Shown: positions 61,806 to 64,000 of the stretch, one piece after another
Layout: every line of letters starts with the position of its first letter
Numbering within the stretch: position 1 is the first letter of the stretch
Source of the DNA: an uncultured Actinomycetes bacterium
GTDB taxonomy: Bacteria; Actinomycetota; Thermoleophilia; UBA2241
Direction of reading: 5' to 3'
Assembly (NCBI GenBank): GCA_963833555.1
Contig: CAWHYB010000002.1
Coordinates: forward strand, 680,229-744,228
Length of the DNA stretch: 64,000 bases
Notes under the pieces: model-generated
Seen by the model: only the letters and a program-made list of their open reading frames with translations
What the model was told of the DNA's origin: nothing
Database searches by the model: none
Position numbers and translations under genes: made by a program

Positions 61806-62177
61806 CTATGGCCGCAAAGGCTTTCCCCAGCGCCGGTACCGCTCGCCTGAAGTGGATCGCGAAGAGCCGCCAGCCTCGCCGCCCCCGCCTCCGCCACTAC
61901 CCCCGCCTCCCACGCCGAACAGGGATCCGATGAGGCTGATTGCGAAGCGCATGGCGATGCTGTAGCCGACCAGCACGATCTGATTGGGCTGTAGGAAAAT
62001 ATCCACCCAAACCATGTAGCTATCGGGCAGTCCCAAGGACGAGAGTTCTTCTTGCACATGCTTTGCGCCGGCGAGCAGGTCTCGCATGGTGGTGGGAAAA
62101 TGTATGGCCGTGTAAGTGAAGGCAATGAGCGCGAGGATCATTGTGAAGGCGAAAGACGTTAGCGAAAAAAATAGCTT
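61806..62177 (-). CDS. small membrane protein with Gly-rich C-terminal tail
   Basis: MKLFFSLTSFAFTMILALIAF... with two TM segments, then GGGGSGGGGGGEAGG. Confidence 0.35.
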   Translation of the reverse strand, partial: KLFFSLTSFAFTMILALIAFTYTAIHFPTTMRDLLAGAKHVQEELSSLGLPDSYMVWVDIFLQPNQIVLVGYSIAMRFAISLIGSLFGVGGGGSGGGGGGEAGGSSRSTSGERYRRWGKPLRP

Positions 62178-62467
62178 CATGGCCTGCCTTTCGTTTGCGC
62201 GGCGGATAGGTTCATGGTCCCGCTGCCCTTTGAAATAGAGTTCCATGACTCATGCGGCTATTTTTTGTAAATTGAAACGGGTTTTGAAACGCAAGGTTTA
62301 CACAGGCCGCGATGCAGCGTGCGGAAAATGCGGCGGCAAAGGCGGAAGGCGCGGTTTACACAGCACGCCGCGCGCGGCCGGCTTTACACTTAGGAACGGC
62401 TTGGGCGGCCTTGCCCGCCGTGCTATGCTGCAGTGCAGCACGACCAAGAAGGTAGAACGCGCCCGCC

Positions 62468-64000
62468 ATGCCCGATCAGCCCTGGATTTTCCGCACCTAT
62501 GCGGGGCACTCGACCCCGAAAGCCTCCAACGAGCTTTATCTCAAGAACCTCGCCAAGGGGCAGACGGGCCTTTCGATCGCCTTCGACCTGCCGACGCAAA
62601 CGGGCTACGACGCTGACCATCCGCTCGCGCGCGGCGAGGTTGGCAAGGTCGGCGTTCCGGTCGGCCATCTGGGCGACATGCGCGCGCTGCTCGACGGCAT
62701 CCCGCTCGCCAAGATGAACACGTCCATGACCATCAACGCGACGGCCGCCTGGCTGCTTGCGCTTTACGTGGCGCTGGCGGACGAGCAGGGCGCGGACCGC
62801 AAGGCGCTGACGGGCACGGTGCAGAACGACATCATCAAGGAGTACCTGTCGCGCGGCACCTACGTCTTCCCGCCGCAGCCCTCGATGCGGCTCATCAAGG
62901 ACATCGTGGTCTTCTCCTTCCGCGAGATGCCGAAGTGGAACCCCACCAACGTCTGCTCCTACCATCTGCAGGAAGCCGGCGCCACGCCGGTGCAGGAACT
63001 GGCCTATGCGCTGGCCATCGCGCAAGCCGTGCTCGACACAGTGAGGGACAGCGGCGAAATCCCCGCGGAGGCGTTCCCGGAGGCGGTCGCGCGCATCTCT
63101 TTCTTCGTGAATGCCGGCGTGCGCTTCGTCACCGAGATGTGCAAGATGCGCGCCTTCGTGGACCTCTGGGACGAGATTTGCGAAAAGCGCTACGGCGTCA
63201 CCGACCCGAAGCTCCGCCGTTTCCGCTACGGCGTCCAGGTCAACTCGCTCGGGCTTACCGAGCAGCAGCCGGAGAACAACGTCTATCGCATCCTGCTTGA
63301 GATGCTGGCCGTGGTGCTTTCGAAGAAGGCGCGGGCGCGCGCGGTGCAGCTCCCGGCCTGGAACGAGGCGCTGGGCTTGCCGCGCCCCTGGGACCAGCAA
63401 TGGTCGCTCCGCATGCAGCAGATCGTGGCCTATGAAACCGACCTCCTCGAATATGCCGACATTTTCGACGGCAGCGCACGCCATCGACGCCAAGGTCGAG
63501 GAGCTGAAGTGCCAAGCCCGCGAGGAGCTTGGCGCGCATCGAGGAGATGGGCGGCGCGATTGCGGCCGTCGAGGCGAGCTATATGAAGCAGCGGCTGGTG
63601 GAAAGCAACGCGGCGCGGCTGCGCAAGATCGAGACGGGCGAGCAGATCGTCACCGGCGTCAACAAATTCCTTGAGACCGAGCCATCGCCCCTCTCGGCGG
63701 GCTCGGACGGCGGCATTCAGACGGTGCCGGAAGGGGTCGAGCGCGAGGCAGTGGAGGCGCTCAAGGCCTGGCGCGCCGCACGCGACAACAGCGCCGCCGT
63801 GGCGAGCCTCAACGCACTCCGCGCCGCCGCCCAGGAAGGCCGCAACATCATGGAGCCGTCCATCGCCTGCGCCAAGGCCGGCGTGACCACGGGCGAGTGG
63901 GCGGGCACCTTGCGGGAAGTCTTCGGCGAATACCGTGCGCCGACAGGTGTCTCGCGCGCCGCGATTGGGACCGGCGGCGAGGGGCTTGCCCAGGTCCGCG
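62468..64000 (+). CDS. ecm: methylmalonyl-CoA mutase family protein, most like ethylmalonyl-CoA mutase; 3' end outside window, 2 frameshifts near 63480-63545
   Basis: PWIFRTYAGHSTPKASNELYLKNLAKGQTGLSIAFDLPTQTGYD... collinear with MCM-family substrate-binding domains. Continuation (EEMGGAIAAVEASYMKQRLVESNAARL...) is in other frames. Confidence 0.7.

Overview
This window is a composite of two sequence contexts.

Positions 1-6767 (about 70% GC) are the 3' part of an integron gene-cassette array. Eleven attC sites of about 90-100 bp lie on the + strand, each starting with an RYYYAAC inverse core and ending with a GTTRRRY core. Ten small cassettes, all oriented on the + strand, sit between them. 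Eight encode proteins of identifiable type: a GNAT acetyltransferase, a UPF0158 protein, a lipoprotein, two membrane proteins, a CxxC zinc-ribbon-like protein, a 36-aa peptide, and a HicB/HicA-like toxin-antitoxin pair. A degraded IS30-family insertion sequence lies inside the toxin-antitoxin cassette. The integrase and attI must lie upstream of position 1.

The array ends at about 6767. It is followed by an internally deleted sco/senC remnant and then an apparently Rhizobiales-like chromosomal region (about 60-66% GC). That region carries:
- phaZ, and a class II B12-dependent RNR (nrdJ) with candidate NrdR boxes upstream.
- Three tandem GT39/ArnT-like glycosyltransferase paralogs, two of them frameshifted.
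- dld, a DJ-1/PfpI protein, an ICMT-like methyltransferase, an LpxH-like phosphoesterase, and the betaine-lipid genes btaA and btaB (currently fused in frame by a single-base indel).
- An FGE/SUMF1-domain protein.
- A degraded toxin-antitoxin and repeat island.
- Two 2OG-Fe(II) oxygenases, a protein of six 21-aa tandem repeats, and the general-stress locus (HWE kinase, ecfG, nepR, phyR).
- A signal-peptide caspase (C14) with an AT-rich secreted partner, and polA.
- A candidate porin-cytochrome module: an ECF sigma/anti-sigma pair, a multihaem c-type cytochrome of about 1120 aa built from 342-bp tandem repeats carrying CX2CH and CX4CH motifs, and an 829-aa outer-membrane protein.
- A Gly/Tyr-rich S8 peptidase, and a second multihaem cytochrome with a putative b-type membrane protein and a ferredoxin-flavoprotein oxidoreductase.
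- A Sel1/ankyrin protein and an ethylmalonyl/methylmalonyl-CoA mutase (ecm-like) running off the window.

Many genes carry apparent single-base frameshifts, so either genuine gene decay or assembly indels must be considered. Mosaic palindromic intergenic repeats built on CCCTCACCC/GGGAGAGGG motifs recur four times.
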